NCBI GenBank assembly: GCA_964558395.1
Contig: CAZLDS010000003.1
Location: forward strand, 13,830-77,829
DNA length: 64,000 bases
Source: an uncultured bacterium
Lineage (GTDB): Bacteria > Methylomirabilota > Methylomirabilia > Methylomirabilales > CSP1-5
Direction of reading: 5' to 3'
How positions within the stretch are numbered: position 1 is the stretch's first letter; each line of letters starts with the position of its first letter. A program made the translations under genes and the position numbers. Under the pieces are notes generated by a model. It saw only the letters and a program-made list of their open reading frames with translations. It made no database searches and was not told the DNA's origin. Positions 45,266 to 54,298 of the stretch are shown here, one piece after another.

Positions 45266-45842
45266 GACAACGAAGGGGCGTATCGAACGGGTCGCGAGGC
45301 GGGTCTTTGCCCGGAACGGGTTCGACGGGGCGTCGATTCGGCAAATTGTCACCGAGGCCCGGGTCACCAAACCGGTCCTCTACTACTACTTCAAGAACAA
45401 GCGGGACCTCTTCCTGATCCTCCTCGAGGAGGCCGTGGCCCCCCTCTGCGATGAGCTGGAGCAGGTTGCCAGGGGGGACGGCACCCCACGCGATCGGATG
45501 AGCCGGATCATTGCAGCCGTCCACCGGTTTGTGGAGGAGAGGCCCGACGAATTCAGGCTTCTGCACCGCGCGGTGGAGCGCCGTGAGCCGGAAGTACAGG
45601 TCCTTGCCCAGAAATACTTCCGACGGAACTTCCGAGCCATCTCGGGCGTCCTGCAGGAAGGCGTGAAGCGGGGGGACTTTCGCTCGGTCAATGTTCCTCA
45701 GGCCACCTTCAGCGTTATGGCGATCCTGGTCTACTTCCTGACCCGCGAGCATGTCATCGATGAGGTTCTTGGAAAGAAGCGGGGGGCGGAGGATCTCAGG
45801 AGAAGCCTCGCCCACCATATCCTGAGTCTCCTGCGCGCCTGA
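45264..45842 (+). CDS. TetR/AcrR family transcriptional regulator
   Basis: N-terminal HTH (ARRVFARNGFDGASIRQIVTEARVTKPVLYYYFKNKRDLF). 192 aa. Confidence 0.9.
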   Translation: MTTKGRIERVARRVFARNGFDGASIRQIVTEARVTKPVLYYYFKNKRDLFLILLEEAVAPLCDELEQVARGDGTPRDRMSRIIAAVHRFVEERPDEFRLLHRAVERREPEVQVLAQKYFRRNFRAISGVLQEGVKRGDFRSVNVPQATFSVMAILVYFLTREHVIDEVLGKKRGAEDLRRSLAHHILSLLRA

Positions 45843-45851
45843 AGAGAAGAG

Positions 45852-46940
45852 ATGAAGAAGCAGTCCACTCTCGTCCGAAATATCGCGGTTCTGATTCTGG
45901 TGGCGGTCTTCTCGCCGGCCTTCGCCCAGGGACCACCCCCGGTGCCGGTCGAAGTGGCGCCGGTGGTGGAGCGGACGGTCGAGCGGGAAATCCACGCGGT
46001 CGGAACCGTGGAAGCCAATTTGTACACCACCGTGAGTGCTGAGGTAGAGGGAGCGGTAGCGCGGTTTGATCTCCGGGAAGGCGACCGGGTAGAAAAAGGG
46101 CAAGTCCTTGCCCACCTGCAGCGATCCGACCTGAAAATCGGGCTCAAAGAAGCCAAGGCGAATCTTCAGGAAAAGCAGGCGCTCTTCATCAGGGCGAAGC
46201 AAGATTATAAGCGGTTCAAGGAACTTTTCGACGAGGGGGCCGTCAGTGCGGCCGAGCTCGATCGGGTTAAGTCTGTTGCGGATGCTGCCAAAGCACAAAA
46301 GAAATCGGCCGAGGAAGCGTTTGAGAAGGTCGCTGATCAGCTTCGCCGAACGACCGTCGTTGCTCCCTTCAGCGGCTATATGGTGAAAAAGCATGTCGAG
46401 GTTGGCCAGTGGGTCGAGGAAGGCGGCGAGGTGGCGGACCTGGTGGACATCGATACCATCTATGTCGTGATCCCCGTGAACGAGCGCGACGTTGGGAAGA
46501 TCCGCAAGGGAGACGCGGCGACGGTAACCGTGGACGCGTATCCCGGACGCGCCTTCGAGGGACGGATCGCCTACATCGTTCCCCAGGCCGATGTCAGTAG
46601 CCGGAACTTTCCGGTTAAGGTCCGCGTGGACAACGCCCGTGAGCATCTCCTGAAGGCAGGCATGTTCGCGCGCGTGAGCATTCAGTACGGGGAACCACGC
46701 CGCGCCGTCTTCGTCCCCAAGGACGCCATCGTCCTGCGGGGCAAGGAGCAGCTCGTTTTCGTCTTGGACACGGCGCGCGTTCAGGCGAGGCGCGTCGAGA
46801 CGGGACAGGCCCTGGGGGAGCTGGTCGAGGTGGTGCAGGGAGACCTGCAGCCCCGGCAGGAGGTCGTGGTAGCCGGCAACGAGATCTTGCGGGACGGTGC
46901 ACCCGTTGAAGTCCGGCGGAAGGGGGAGGGGCAGCGGTGA
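45852..46940 (+). CDS. RND efflux periplasmic adaptor (membrane fusion protein)
   Basis: Signal peptide, alpha-hairpin region, and lipoyl/beta-barrel motifs (APFSGYM..K.V.VGQWV..G). There is a 4-nt overlap with the RND pump gene. Confidence 0.9.
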   Translation: MKKQSTLVRNIAVLILVAVFSPAFAQGPPPVPVEVAPVVERTVEREIHAVGTVEANLYTTVSAEVEGAVARFDLREGDRVEKGQVLAHLQRSDLKIGLKEAKANLQEKQALFIRAKQDYKRFKELFDEGAVSAAELDRVKSVADAAKAQKKSAEEAFEKVADQLRRTTVVAPFSGYMVKKHVEVGQWVEEGGEVADLVDIDTIYVVIPVNERDVGKIRKGDAATVTVDAYPGRAFEGRIAYIVPQADVSSRNFPVKVRVDNAREHLLKAGMFARVSIQYGEPRRAVFVPKDAIVLRGKEQLVFVLDTARVQARRVETGQALGELVEVVQGDLQPRQEVVVAGNEILRDGAPVEVRRKGEGQR

Positions 46941-49900
46941 AGCTGATCGAGGCCTGCATCAAATACCCGGTCACCGTTCTGGTGGCGGTCCTCCTGGCCA
47001 TCCTCTTCGGTGGGATCGCGCTCCTCCGCCTGCCGTGGCAGATGACCCCGACCATCGACCGTCCGGAGGTCAGCGTGGAGACCGAGTACAAGGGGGCGGC
47101 GCCGCTCGAGGTGGAACAGGAGATCACCGACCGGATCGAGGAGAAGCTCAACTCGGTGGAGAATCTCAACGAGATGACGTCTACGTCCTTCGAGGGAAAC
47201 AGCCGGATCGTCCTCAAATTCGACTGGGGTATCAACAAGGATGTGGCCCGCCTCGATGTTTCGGAGAAACTGGGACTGGTCAAGGATATCCCCCCGGATG
47301 CGGAGGAGTCCATCATCCGGGCGGTCAACACGGACGAGGAAACCCCGATTGCCTGGGTGATCATCAAGACGAACCGTCCCATCAACGAGGTGTGGGAAGA
47401 GGCGGATGATGTGATCCGGCCGCGGCTGGAGCGGGTGCCGGGGGTGGCCACCGTCTGGATGTTCGGCGGAGAGGACCGCGAGGTCCATGTGATCCTCGAC
47501 CCCGAGGCGATGAGTGCGCGTCAGATCTCCGTGGCCCAGGTGCGAGACGCCTTGCTTGGCGAGAACCGGAACGTGAAGGGGGGAAAAATCGACGAGGGGA
47601 AGCGCCAGTACGCGGTCCGGACTCTAGGGCAGTTTACCGATATCCGGCAGATCCCGGACGTGATCATCCGGCAGGATGCGCGCGGTCCCGTCTATCTTCG
47701 CGACATCGCCCAGGTCCGGTTCGGTTACGAGGAGAAGGAACGAGTGGTCCGCGTCTGGGGGAAGCCGACCATCGGCTTCGGCGTGCTGCGTCGGACGGGG
47801 GCCAATACCCTGGAAGTGATGGGGGGCGTCAAGAAGGAGCTTCGGTATCTGAATGATCTATATCAAGGCAAGGACATCGAACTCATCCAGGTCTACGACG
47901 AGACCGAATACATCCATGAGTCGGTGGGCCTCGTGACGACCAACCTCCTCTACGGTTCCTTACTGGCCGTGGCGGTCCTGCTCCTCTTCCTTCGCAGTCC
48001 CTCCAGTATCTTCATCATTGGTTTTGCGATTCCCATCTCTCTCGTGGCGACCTTCGTCGTCCTGGACATGCTGGGGCGCAGCCTCAACATCGTCATGCTG
48101 GCGGGACTGGCCTTCGCCTCGGGCATGGTCGTGGACAACTCCATCGTGATCCTGGAAAACATCTATCGCCACCGGCAGATGGGGAAGGGACGGGTTCAGG
48201 CCGCCTATGATGCCGCTGTCGAAGTATGGGGAGCCGTGCTGGCTTCCACATTAACAACGATGTTCGTCTTCGTGCCGATCCTCTTTGTCAAGGAGGAAGC
48301 CGGGCAGCTCTTTCGCGATATCGCCATCGCGATTTCCACGGCCGTCGCCCTATCGCTCCTCGTTTCTCTGACGGTCGTCCCAATGCTGAGTTCGCGTCTC
48401 CTCGCGGTGAACCGACGCGCGCACAATCCGGCATCGCGTCGGTCTCTGTGGGGATTTTTCGACAGAATCGGGGTGGACCGGTTCGGGGCGAACACGGTTC
48501 AGTACGTCGTCGGGAGTCTGGACTGGCTCCGGCGTGGGGTGCGGCGCCGGGTCGTCGTGGCCGTGACTATCATCCTTGGCGCAGTAGCGCTGAGCTTTCT
48601 CTTCATGCCCCCCATCGATTACCTTCCCCAGGGCAACCGCAATTTGATCTTTGTTCTCATTCGGACCACGCCGGGGCTTAATATCGACCAGCGGGAGGAG
48701 CTGCTCACGGAATTCGAGCGGCGGTTTACCTTGCCCGAAATCTACCGGATGTTCGCGGTAGCCCGGGTGGAGAATACCCTCATGGGCGTCATCGTGAAAC
48801 CCGAGTATCACACCCTGCCGGGGATGCGACGGGTCATCGCCGAGATGCGGGGTCGCGCCCAAGGGGTGCCGGGAACTGAGGGAGTCTTCGTCACCCAGTC
48901 CCCTCTCTTCCGGCGCCGGGGAGCCTTTATCGGGGGGGTGAACCTCGAGGTCCAGGTAAAAGGGGACAACTTGGAGCAGATCCGGGCGATCAGTGACTCG
49001 ATACGGGAGAAGCTCGGTCCCTTTCCCGAGGTCAACTTTGTGAACACCAGCTTCGAAGCGGGCAATCCGGAGCTGCAAGTCCGGATCGACCGCGCCAAGG
49101 CGGCCCAGCTTGGGCTGAGCGCCCGCGAGGTGGGATACGTGATCGAGACCATGGTACACGGGACCGAGGCCGGGCGCTTTCGCGAGGGAGGTAAGGAGCT
49201 GGATATCATCCTCAAGGGCGCGGCGGTAGATCTGCGGCGGACGCAAGATCTGGACGCGATCGTCTTCTTCACCCCGGCCGGGCGTCTGGTGAAGCTCTCG
49301 GACATCGCGACCGCGAGTCTCGATACCGGACCCACCAAGGTTGAGCACATCGACCGCGATCGGGCCGTAACGCTCACGGTGAACTTAAAGGGGGAGGTCC
49401 CCCTGGAGGACGCGATCCGTTTGGTGGAACGAGTCGTCAGCCCGGTTCGAACGGCCCTCCCGTTGGGTTACACCATCGATGTGGCCGGCCAGGCGAAGGA
49501 CCTGAGCATTGCGTGGAACTCGATCAAGTGGTCCTTCCTCCTGGCGCTTGTCGTCATCTACCTACTGATGTGTTCCCTCTTTGAATCCTGGACCTATCCG
49601 CTGATCATCATGTTCTCGGTGCCGTTGGCCGCCACCGGAGGCATCCTAGCTGTCCGGCTGGCGAACTTCTTTGAGCCGGCCATCAAAATGGATGTGATCA
49701 CCATGCTGGGCTTCGTGATCCTGGCAGGGATCGTGGTCAATAACGCCATCCTCATCGTGCACCAGGCGCTGAACAACATGCGCGAGGGATCGGAGGCCCA
49801 AGAGGCGATTCTGGAGAGCGTCCGGACACGGATCCGCCCGATCTTTATGACGACCGCGACCACCGTCTTTGGGATGCTGCCGCTGGTCTTTGCCCGCGGA

Positions 49901-50089
49901 TCAGGGTCGGAGCTATACCGTGGCTTGGGAGCGGCGGTCCTCGGCGGGCTAGTCGTCTCAACCCTTTTCACGCTGATACTCATCCCCGTCCTCTTTTCCC
50001 TTTGGATGGATACCAAACATGTTCTAGCTGCGCGACTCGAAGGGAAGCCCATCGGGCCCGTCGCCCGTGAGGCAGAGAAGTATCCCTAG
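46937..50089 (+). CDS. RND-type efflux transporter (AcrB/HAE family)
   Basis: 1050 aa with a 12-TM AcrB-like layout (MLAGLAFASGMVVDNSIV, GIVVNNAILIV). Confidence 0.93.
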   Translation: MKLIEACIKYPVTVLVAVLLAILFGGIALLRLPWQMTPTIDRPEVSVETEYKGAAPLEVEQEITDRIEEKLNSVENLNEMTSTSFEGNSRIVLKFDWGINKDVARLDVSEKLGLVKDIPPDAEESIIRAVNTDEETPIAWVIIKTNRPINEVWEEADDVIRPRLERVPGVATVWMFGGEDREVHVILDPEAMSARQISVAQVRDALLGENRNVKGGKIDEGKRQYAVRTLGQFTDIRQIPDVIIRQDARGPVYLRDIAQVRFGYEEKERVVRVWGKPTIGFGVLRRTGANTLEVMGGVKKELRYLNDLYQGKDIELIQVYDETEYIHESVGLVTTNLLYGSLLAVAVLLLFLRSPSSIFIIGFAIPISLVATFVVLDMLGRSLNIVMLAGLAFASGMVVDNSIVILENIYRHRQMGKGRVQAAYDAAVEVWGAVLASTLTTMFVFVPILFVKEEAGQLFRDIAIAISTAVALSLLVSLTVVPMLSSRLLAVNRRAHNPASRRSLWGFFDRIGVDRFGANTVQYVVGSLDWLRRGVRRRVVVAVTIILGAVALSFLFMPPIDYLPQGNRNLIFVLIRTTPGLNIDQREELLTEFERRFTLPEIYRMFAVARVENTLMGVIVKPEYHTLPGMRRVIAEMRGRAQGVPGTEGVFVTQSPLFRRRGAFIGGVNLEVQVKGDNLEQIRAISDSIREKLGPFPEVNFVNTSFEAGNPELQVRIDRAKAAQLGLSAREVGYVIETMVHGTEAGRFREGGKELDIILKGAAVDLRRTQDLDAIVFFTPAGRLVKLSDIATASLDTGPTKVEHIDRDRAVTLTVNLKGEVPLEDAIRLVERVVSPVRTALPLGYTIDVAGQAKDLSIAWNSIKWSFLLALVVIYLLMCSLFESWTYPLIIMFSVPLAATGGILAVRLANFFEPAIKMDVITMLGFVILAGIVVNNAILIVHQALNNMREGSEAQEAILESVRTRIRPIFMTTATTVFGMLPLVFARGSGSELYRGLGAAVLGGLVVSTLFTLILIPVLFSLWMDTKHVLAARLEGKPIGPVAREAEKYP

Positions 50090-50175
50090 CAGGCCAGCTT
50101 GCCGCTATCAGCAATCAAGTACTTGAGCCGTTCAAATCGGAGCGTGTCTGACTATCAAGATTCCCGGAGTTTTCC

Positions 50176-50205
50176 TTGACAACGTGACAATGCAAATGTA
50201 AAAAT
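50176..50205 (+). promoter_or_regulatory. strong sigma70-type promoter candidate
   Basis: TTGACA (50176-50181), a 17-nt spacer ending in TG, then TAAAAAT (50199-50205). Confidence 0.5.
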
Positions 50206-50252
50206 TCCACGCCGGGAACGGTCATCGCCTAGGTATATGAAAGGAGGAACAC

Positions 50253-50534
50253 GTGGCAAAAAGGCTAGAAAACCTGGCCAAGACGGTTGGCGTTGTTCTT
50301 GGCGAACGAAGAAAAGTGGAGAGAGTCGAGAAGAGGCTTGTTGAGACTCTCAATAGAGCGCTGGCCAAAATCGGCTATAGAGTAGTTCCCGTAAAGGGTG
50401 TCGCGCCGACGCGGCGCCGGCGTCGCCGGGCCCGTCGGGCAAAGCCGGCAGGGCGTCCTCGCCGTCGGACACCTGCGCGGCGGCGCGCACGGACTGCGAC
50501 ACGGCGGCGGCGCGCTCGGGCCAAGCGACGGTAA
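50253..50534 (+). CDS. hypothetical 93-aa protein: helical N-terminal half plus poly-arginine C-terminal tail
   Basis: GTG 50253 lies 5 nt after AAGGAGG. The protein reads MAKRLENLAKTVGVVLGERRKVERVEKRLVETLNRALAKIGYRVVPVKGVAP, then TRRRRRRARRAKPAGRPRRRTPARRRARTATRRRRARAKRR. The unit is flanked by a promoter and a terminator. Confidence 0.6.
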   Translation: MAKRLENLAKTVGVVLGERRKVERVEKRLVETLNRALAKIGYRVVPVKGVAPTRRRRRRARRAKPAGRPRRRTPARRRARTATRRRRARAKRR

Positions 50535-50567
50535 GACCAAGTCCCATTCTATTTTTGGGTGCGATCG

Positions 50568-50600
50568 GGGTCACCATTGAGGTGACCCTGTTCTTTTCTC
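50568..50600 (+). terminator. intrinsic terminator
   Basis: Stem GGGTCACC (50568-50575) / GGTGACCC (50581-50588) with a 5-nt loop, then TGTTCTTTTCTC. Confidence 0.75.
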
Positions 50601-50617
50601 AAAATGAAGTCTGTCAA

Positions 50618-50803
50618 TTATCCCGGGCTTTCACGAAATCGTTTATGCCTTCTTGATTGCCAAAATAGCAATATACATATCCAGTGTTCTTTGATGTCGA
50701 CCGTGAAGTTCTCGTCTGCGAGGAGGCGGATCATCTCCTCCATACTCTTCTGCCTTTCTGCTTGCGAGGTGCCCGGAAATGCGGTAAATGTATCGAGCGT
50801 CAT
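50618..50803 (-). pseudogene. unidentified gene remnant in AT-rich DNA (shares a roughly 45-nt segment with 55596-55639)
   Basis: 61-aa minus ORF. The first 40 aa look protein-like (MTLDTFTAFPGTSQAERQKSMEEMIRLLADENFTVDIKEH). The remainder is AT-rich and codes nonsense. No family recognised. Confidence 0.3.
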
Positions 50804-50889
50804 GCCCTGCGACTGTTTCCCCCTGGAAGTGCCGAATTCGGCTCTTCTCCAATGCGATTCTAGTTACAGTCCAAAAAGGAGACGCCACC

Positions 50890-51759
50890 ATGCGACACAG
50901 GCCCGTCAGCATCCTGGCCAGTATCGTTCTCGCCACATATGCCCTGCTCGTTCTTCTGCCGGGGATAGTCGCGGCCGAGCCGGTTTTACAAAAGATTAAC
51001 CGCACCGGAAAATTTACGGCGGGGACCCGGACATCCTCGATTCCGTTTGCGTATATTAATGACAAGAAAGAGTGGGTCGGCTTCTCGGTAGATCTCATCA
51101 ATGAGATCCACCGGCGGCTCGAACGGAACTTTGGAAAGAAAATCAAGCTGGAGCTGAAAGAGGTTACCCCGGAGAATCGGATCCAGATGGTGGCCGACGG
51201 TACTGTCGATATCGAATGCGGCTCTACCACATATACGCGGTCCCGAGATGAGACCGTGGACTTCAGCATCAATTTCTTCTTCTCCAGCGCCCAACTCCTC
51301 ATCAAAGCAGACGGCCCGATCAAGGGACCCCAAGACATCCAGGGCAAGCGCATCGGTGTGGCTCGAGGAACCACCACGGAGAAGCTCATACGGACAAAGC
51401 TGCCCCAGACGAATGTGGTCTTAGTTCAAGACCACAGCGAGGGCTTCGAGGCCCTCCAGGAGGGCAAGATCGATGCGTATGCCAGTGACGGGATTCTGCT
51501 CGCTGGCCTTGCCATTGAGACCGGCAAGAAAGAGACCTTCAAGATTGTGGGGGCCTTCAGCTTCGAGCCGTACTCGTGCATCCTACCGGAGAACGACTCA
51601 AAGTGGCGGGATCTTGTTAACCACACCTTCATGGAAATGATCGAGAACGGCACGTACTTTGAGCTGTACGACAAATGGTTCGGAAAAAATGGGGTGGTCC
51701 CCTACCAGATGCCGCCCGAGGCCAAATTCCTGACATTGATGCAGGTGATGCCCCGGTAG
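50890..51759 (+). CDS. periplasmic solute-binding protein, family 3 (amino-acid-type), orphan
   Basis: Signal peptide, then GKFTAGTRTSSIPFAYI.....W.GFSVDL...I........K.....V....RI..V..G.VD.......T..R....DFS. ATG 50890 follows AAGGAG. No permease or ATPase gene is adjacent. Confidence 0.85.
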   Translation: MRHRPVSILASIVLATYALLVLLPGIVAAEPVLQKINRTGKFTAGTRTSSIPFAYINDKKEWVGFSVDLINEIHRRLERNFGKKIKLELKEVTPENRIQMVADGTVDIECGSTTYTRSRDETVDFSINFFFSSAQLLIKADGPIKGPQDIQGKRIGVARGTTTEKLIRTKLPQTNVVLVQDHSEGFEALQEGKIDAYASDGILLAGLAIETGKKETFKIVGAFSFEPYSCILPENDSKWRDLVNHTFMEMIENGTYFELYDKWFGKNGVVPYQMPPEAKFLTLMQVMPR

Positions 51760-51774
51760 CTGTAGTGCATGGAC

Positions 51775-52215
51775 TCATTGCATCCTGGCGAATTCCTGGA
51801 TAAAGAGCTGCCGCGCAAATCCCTTGCTGGGGGAGGGCTGCAGGAGGACCCCGATCTGCGCCTGGTCGGGACCGACCCTCCGACTCCAGACCACCTCTCC
51901 CTCCAGTGAGAGCTTCCCGTCGCTGGACGCGACGAAAAGTGCCAGTGAGGTCCCCGGCAACAAGGGTTCTGCTGCTCTCAGCATGAGCCCGGTATCACTG
52001 AGATTTTCAATCGTGCCGCCCTGGATGTGACTCGAGCCGTCGATCTGCTGGAAGGTGACGGGCAGATCGAGGGGAAGCCGGAGGTGACGTCGGCGGCATT
52101 CCACGATGACGCCGGTTTCCTCGGCCGCCCACGCTGTCATCTTTTCCAATCCAGCCACCTCGCTTTCTTCTTTGGAGTTGTCCTTGGGCCTTTTGGAGAG
52201 CATATTCCGGGCCAA
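51775..52215 (-). CDS. PilZ domain protein (c-di-GMP receptor type)
   Basis: RRRHLRLPL contains RxxxR, and GTIENLSDTGL contains (D/N)xSxxG. The start is ambiguous (TTG 52215, ATG 52203 or ATG 52140). Confidence 0.8.
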   Translation of the reverse strand: MARNMLSKRPKDNSKEESEVAGLEKMTAWAAEETGVIVECRRRHLRLPLDLPVTFQQIDGSSHIQGGTIENLSDTGLMLRAAEPLLPGTSLALFVASSDGKLSLEGEVVWSRRVGPDQAQIGVLLQPSPSKGFARQLFIQEFARMQ

Positions 52216-52726
52216 TCAAGAATCCAAGGCTAACTCCGCAATATATAGAGCCTCCCTCAGAGAGAGAGGGGGGGTCGGGTGGGGAATTTGAGCGCCGGCG
52301 GTGAAAATCCCCCCACATAGAATCTGATTCGGCCCGGTTTCGGACCAACCCCCTGAAAGCCGACGGTCTCAGAGCTAGATAAGAGGCGTTGAGCGTCGCC
52401 TTTCGGCTCTCAGGTGAGCAGGACCTGAATCAGGTGCGTCCACAAAGATCGCACATTTTTGTTTCGGATTTTGGTGGGGGTATCTGGCGAAGGCGTTCTG
52501 GTGTTCACCCTCTCCCTGCATCTGATATACGATCTCTTCTGCAAGAATTTCCCCAGGTTTACAGAGCAGTTCTCACGGCCGACGCTCATCTATGATCTCA
52601 AGGAAGGCTCCTGTCTAGATTTTGCGACGCGCTAGACAGCGCCTCAAGCCATCCCGTTGGTGTTCCTGGACGGCGGCATGGCGGAAGTGGATTTAGCGTA
52701 GCGCGTCGTGCCGCTGCTGTTCCACC

Positions 52727-52755
52727 TTGCATACCTACCACCCACAGTCTAACAT
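52727..52755 (+). promoter_or_regulatory. promoter candidate for glgA
   Basis: TTGCAT (52727-52732), a 17-nt spacer, then TAACAT (52750-52755). Confidence 0.4.
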
Positions 52756-52788
52756 CGGGCGAACCTCACCGAGTTATCGCGAGGCAGC

Positions 52789-54252
52789 ATGCGAATTGCC
52801 TTTGCCGTTTCAGAGATGACACCCTTTGCTAAGACGGGGGGGTTGGGCGATGTGGCCGGGGTCCTTCCACTGGTCCTGGCGGGGATGGGCCACCAGATCA
52901 CTGCCTTCCTCCCCAAGTATCGCGGCATCGACACTGAGCAGCACCACTTGATCAAGAGGCCGGGGGAGATTCGAGTTCCCATAGGGGGTCGGATACAGGC
53001 AGCATCTCTCTGGGAGGGACAGAATGGGGCTGTCCGTATCCTCCTGCTCGATCACGCAGGGTTTTACGACCGCGAAGGTCTCTACCAGGAAACTGGGGCG
53101 GATTATCCCGATAACGCGGAGCGATTCATCTTTTTCTCCCGGGGCATCCTGGACGCCCTCGGGGTCCTCGACTGGAGGCCCGACGTCATCCATTGCCATG
53201 ACTGGCAGAGTAGTCTGATTCCGGCTTATCTGAAGACCGTGTACCGCCACGACCCCTTTTTTGCAGACGTGGCCAGCCTGCTTACGATACACAACCTGGC
53301 CTATCAGGGAATCTTTCCAGCCGAGGTGTTTCCCCTCACCGGTCTCCCGGACGAGATATTCACCCCTGCGGGAATGGAGTTTTGGGGGAAGGTGAATTGC
53401 CTCAAGGCCGGCCTGGTATACGCCGACCTCCTGACCACCGTGAGTTCGACGTACACGCACGAGATCCAAACGCCGGAGCGCGGCTGCGGTTTGGACGCGG
53501 TGCTCCGACAGCGAACGGCAGATCTCTATGGTGTGCTGAACGGCGTGGATTACCAAGAATGGAATCCCCGCACCGATCCCTATCTTGTGGCCACATATTC
53601 TGCCGAGGATCTGACAGGCAAGACAGCCTGCAAGCGGGATCTTCAGGAAATGATGAGGCTGCCGACCCGACCCGATGTTCCCCTGCTCGGCGTGATTTCG
53701 CGGCTTGTGCACCAGAAGGGCATCGACCTCATTGCCGAACTTGCACCGCATTTCCTGAGGAATGATGTGCAGCTGGTCCTGCTAGGGACGGGAGACGTGG
53801 AGTTGGAACGGACCTTCCTCAGCGTGCAGCAGCAATTTCCCCATAAGTTGGCGGTGCGGATCGGGTTTGACGTGGCCCTGAGTCATAAGATCGAGGCCGG
53901 GGCCGATATCTTTCTGATGCCCTCCCGAGAAGAGCCCTGCGGCCTGAACCAGATGTACAGCCTCGCTTACGGGACTATTCCTGTCGTCCGCGCCATAGGA
54001 GGATTGGTTGATACCATTGCCCCTTTTGACCCGGTGACAGGTGCAGGAAACGGATTCATCTTCCACGAGCCCAGCGCGGACGCACTTCTCCGGACCGTCC
54101 TCCAAGCGATGAGCTTTTTCCGGCAGACCGAGGCGTGGCGCCGGCTCGTGCAGAATGCCATGGCGGCCGATTACTCGTGGGCGCGGTCCGCCAGGGAGTA
54201 TGGGCGGCTCTACCGGCTGACTCTGGAGCGCCGGAAGGAAAGCGGACCTTGA
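52789..54252 (+). CDS. glgA: glycogen synthase (ADP-glucose type)
   Basis: MRIAFAVSEMTPFAKTGGLGDV N-terminus, with SREEPCGL.QMY...GT.PVV...GGL.DT. 487 aa. Confidence 0.95.
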   Translation: MRIAFAVSEMTPFAKTGGLGDVAGVLPLVLAGMGHQITAFLPKYRGIDTEQHHLIKRPGEIRVPIGGRIQAASLWEGQNGAVRILLLDHAGFYDREGLYQETGADYPDNAERFIFFSRGILDALGVLDWRPDVIHCHDWQSSLIPAYLKTVYRHDPFFADVASLLTIHNLAYQGIFPAEVFPLTGLPDEIFTPAGMEFWGKVNCLKAGLVYADLLTTVSSTYTHEIQTPERGCGLDAVLRQRTADLYGVLNGVDYQEWNPRTDPYLVATYSAEDLTGKTACKRDLQEMMRLPTRPDVPLLGVISRLVHQKGIDLIAELAPHFLRNDVQLVLLGTGDVELERTFLSVQQQFPHKLAVRIGFDVALSHKIEAGADIFLMPSREEPCGLNQMYSLAYGTIPVVRAIGGLVDTIAPFDPVTGAGNGFIFHEPSADALLRTVLQAMSFFRQTEAWRRLVQNAMAADYSWARSAREYGRLYRLTLERRKESGP

Positions 54253-54298
54253 CTCTGCCCCGACGCAAGCATATGTTGTCGTATGGGGAGGTCAGCTG

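Noticed and set aside
50604-50999. 131-aa + strand ORF between the Arg-rich gene terminator and the SBP gene.
   Set aside because: It starts inside the terminator T-tract, crosses 35-43% GC DNA, and has no RBS. Its composition is Cys/Ser/Arg-rich noise, and it overlaps the well-supported SBP start.
52216-52400. c-di-GMP (GEMM) riboswitch in the PilZ leader, or 6S/SRP/tmRNA/RNase P RNA in the 570-nt spacer.
   Set aside because: None of the conserved sequence blocks I can recall for these RNAs is present on either strand. A covariance-model scan would be needed to exclude them properly.
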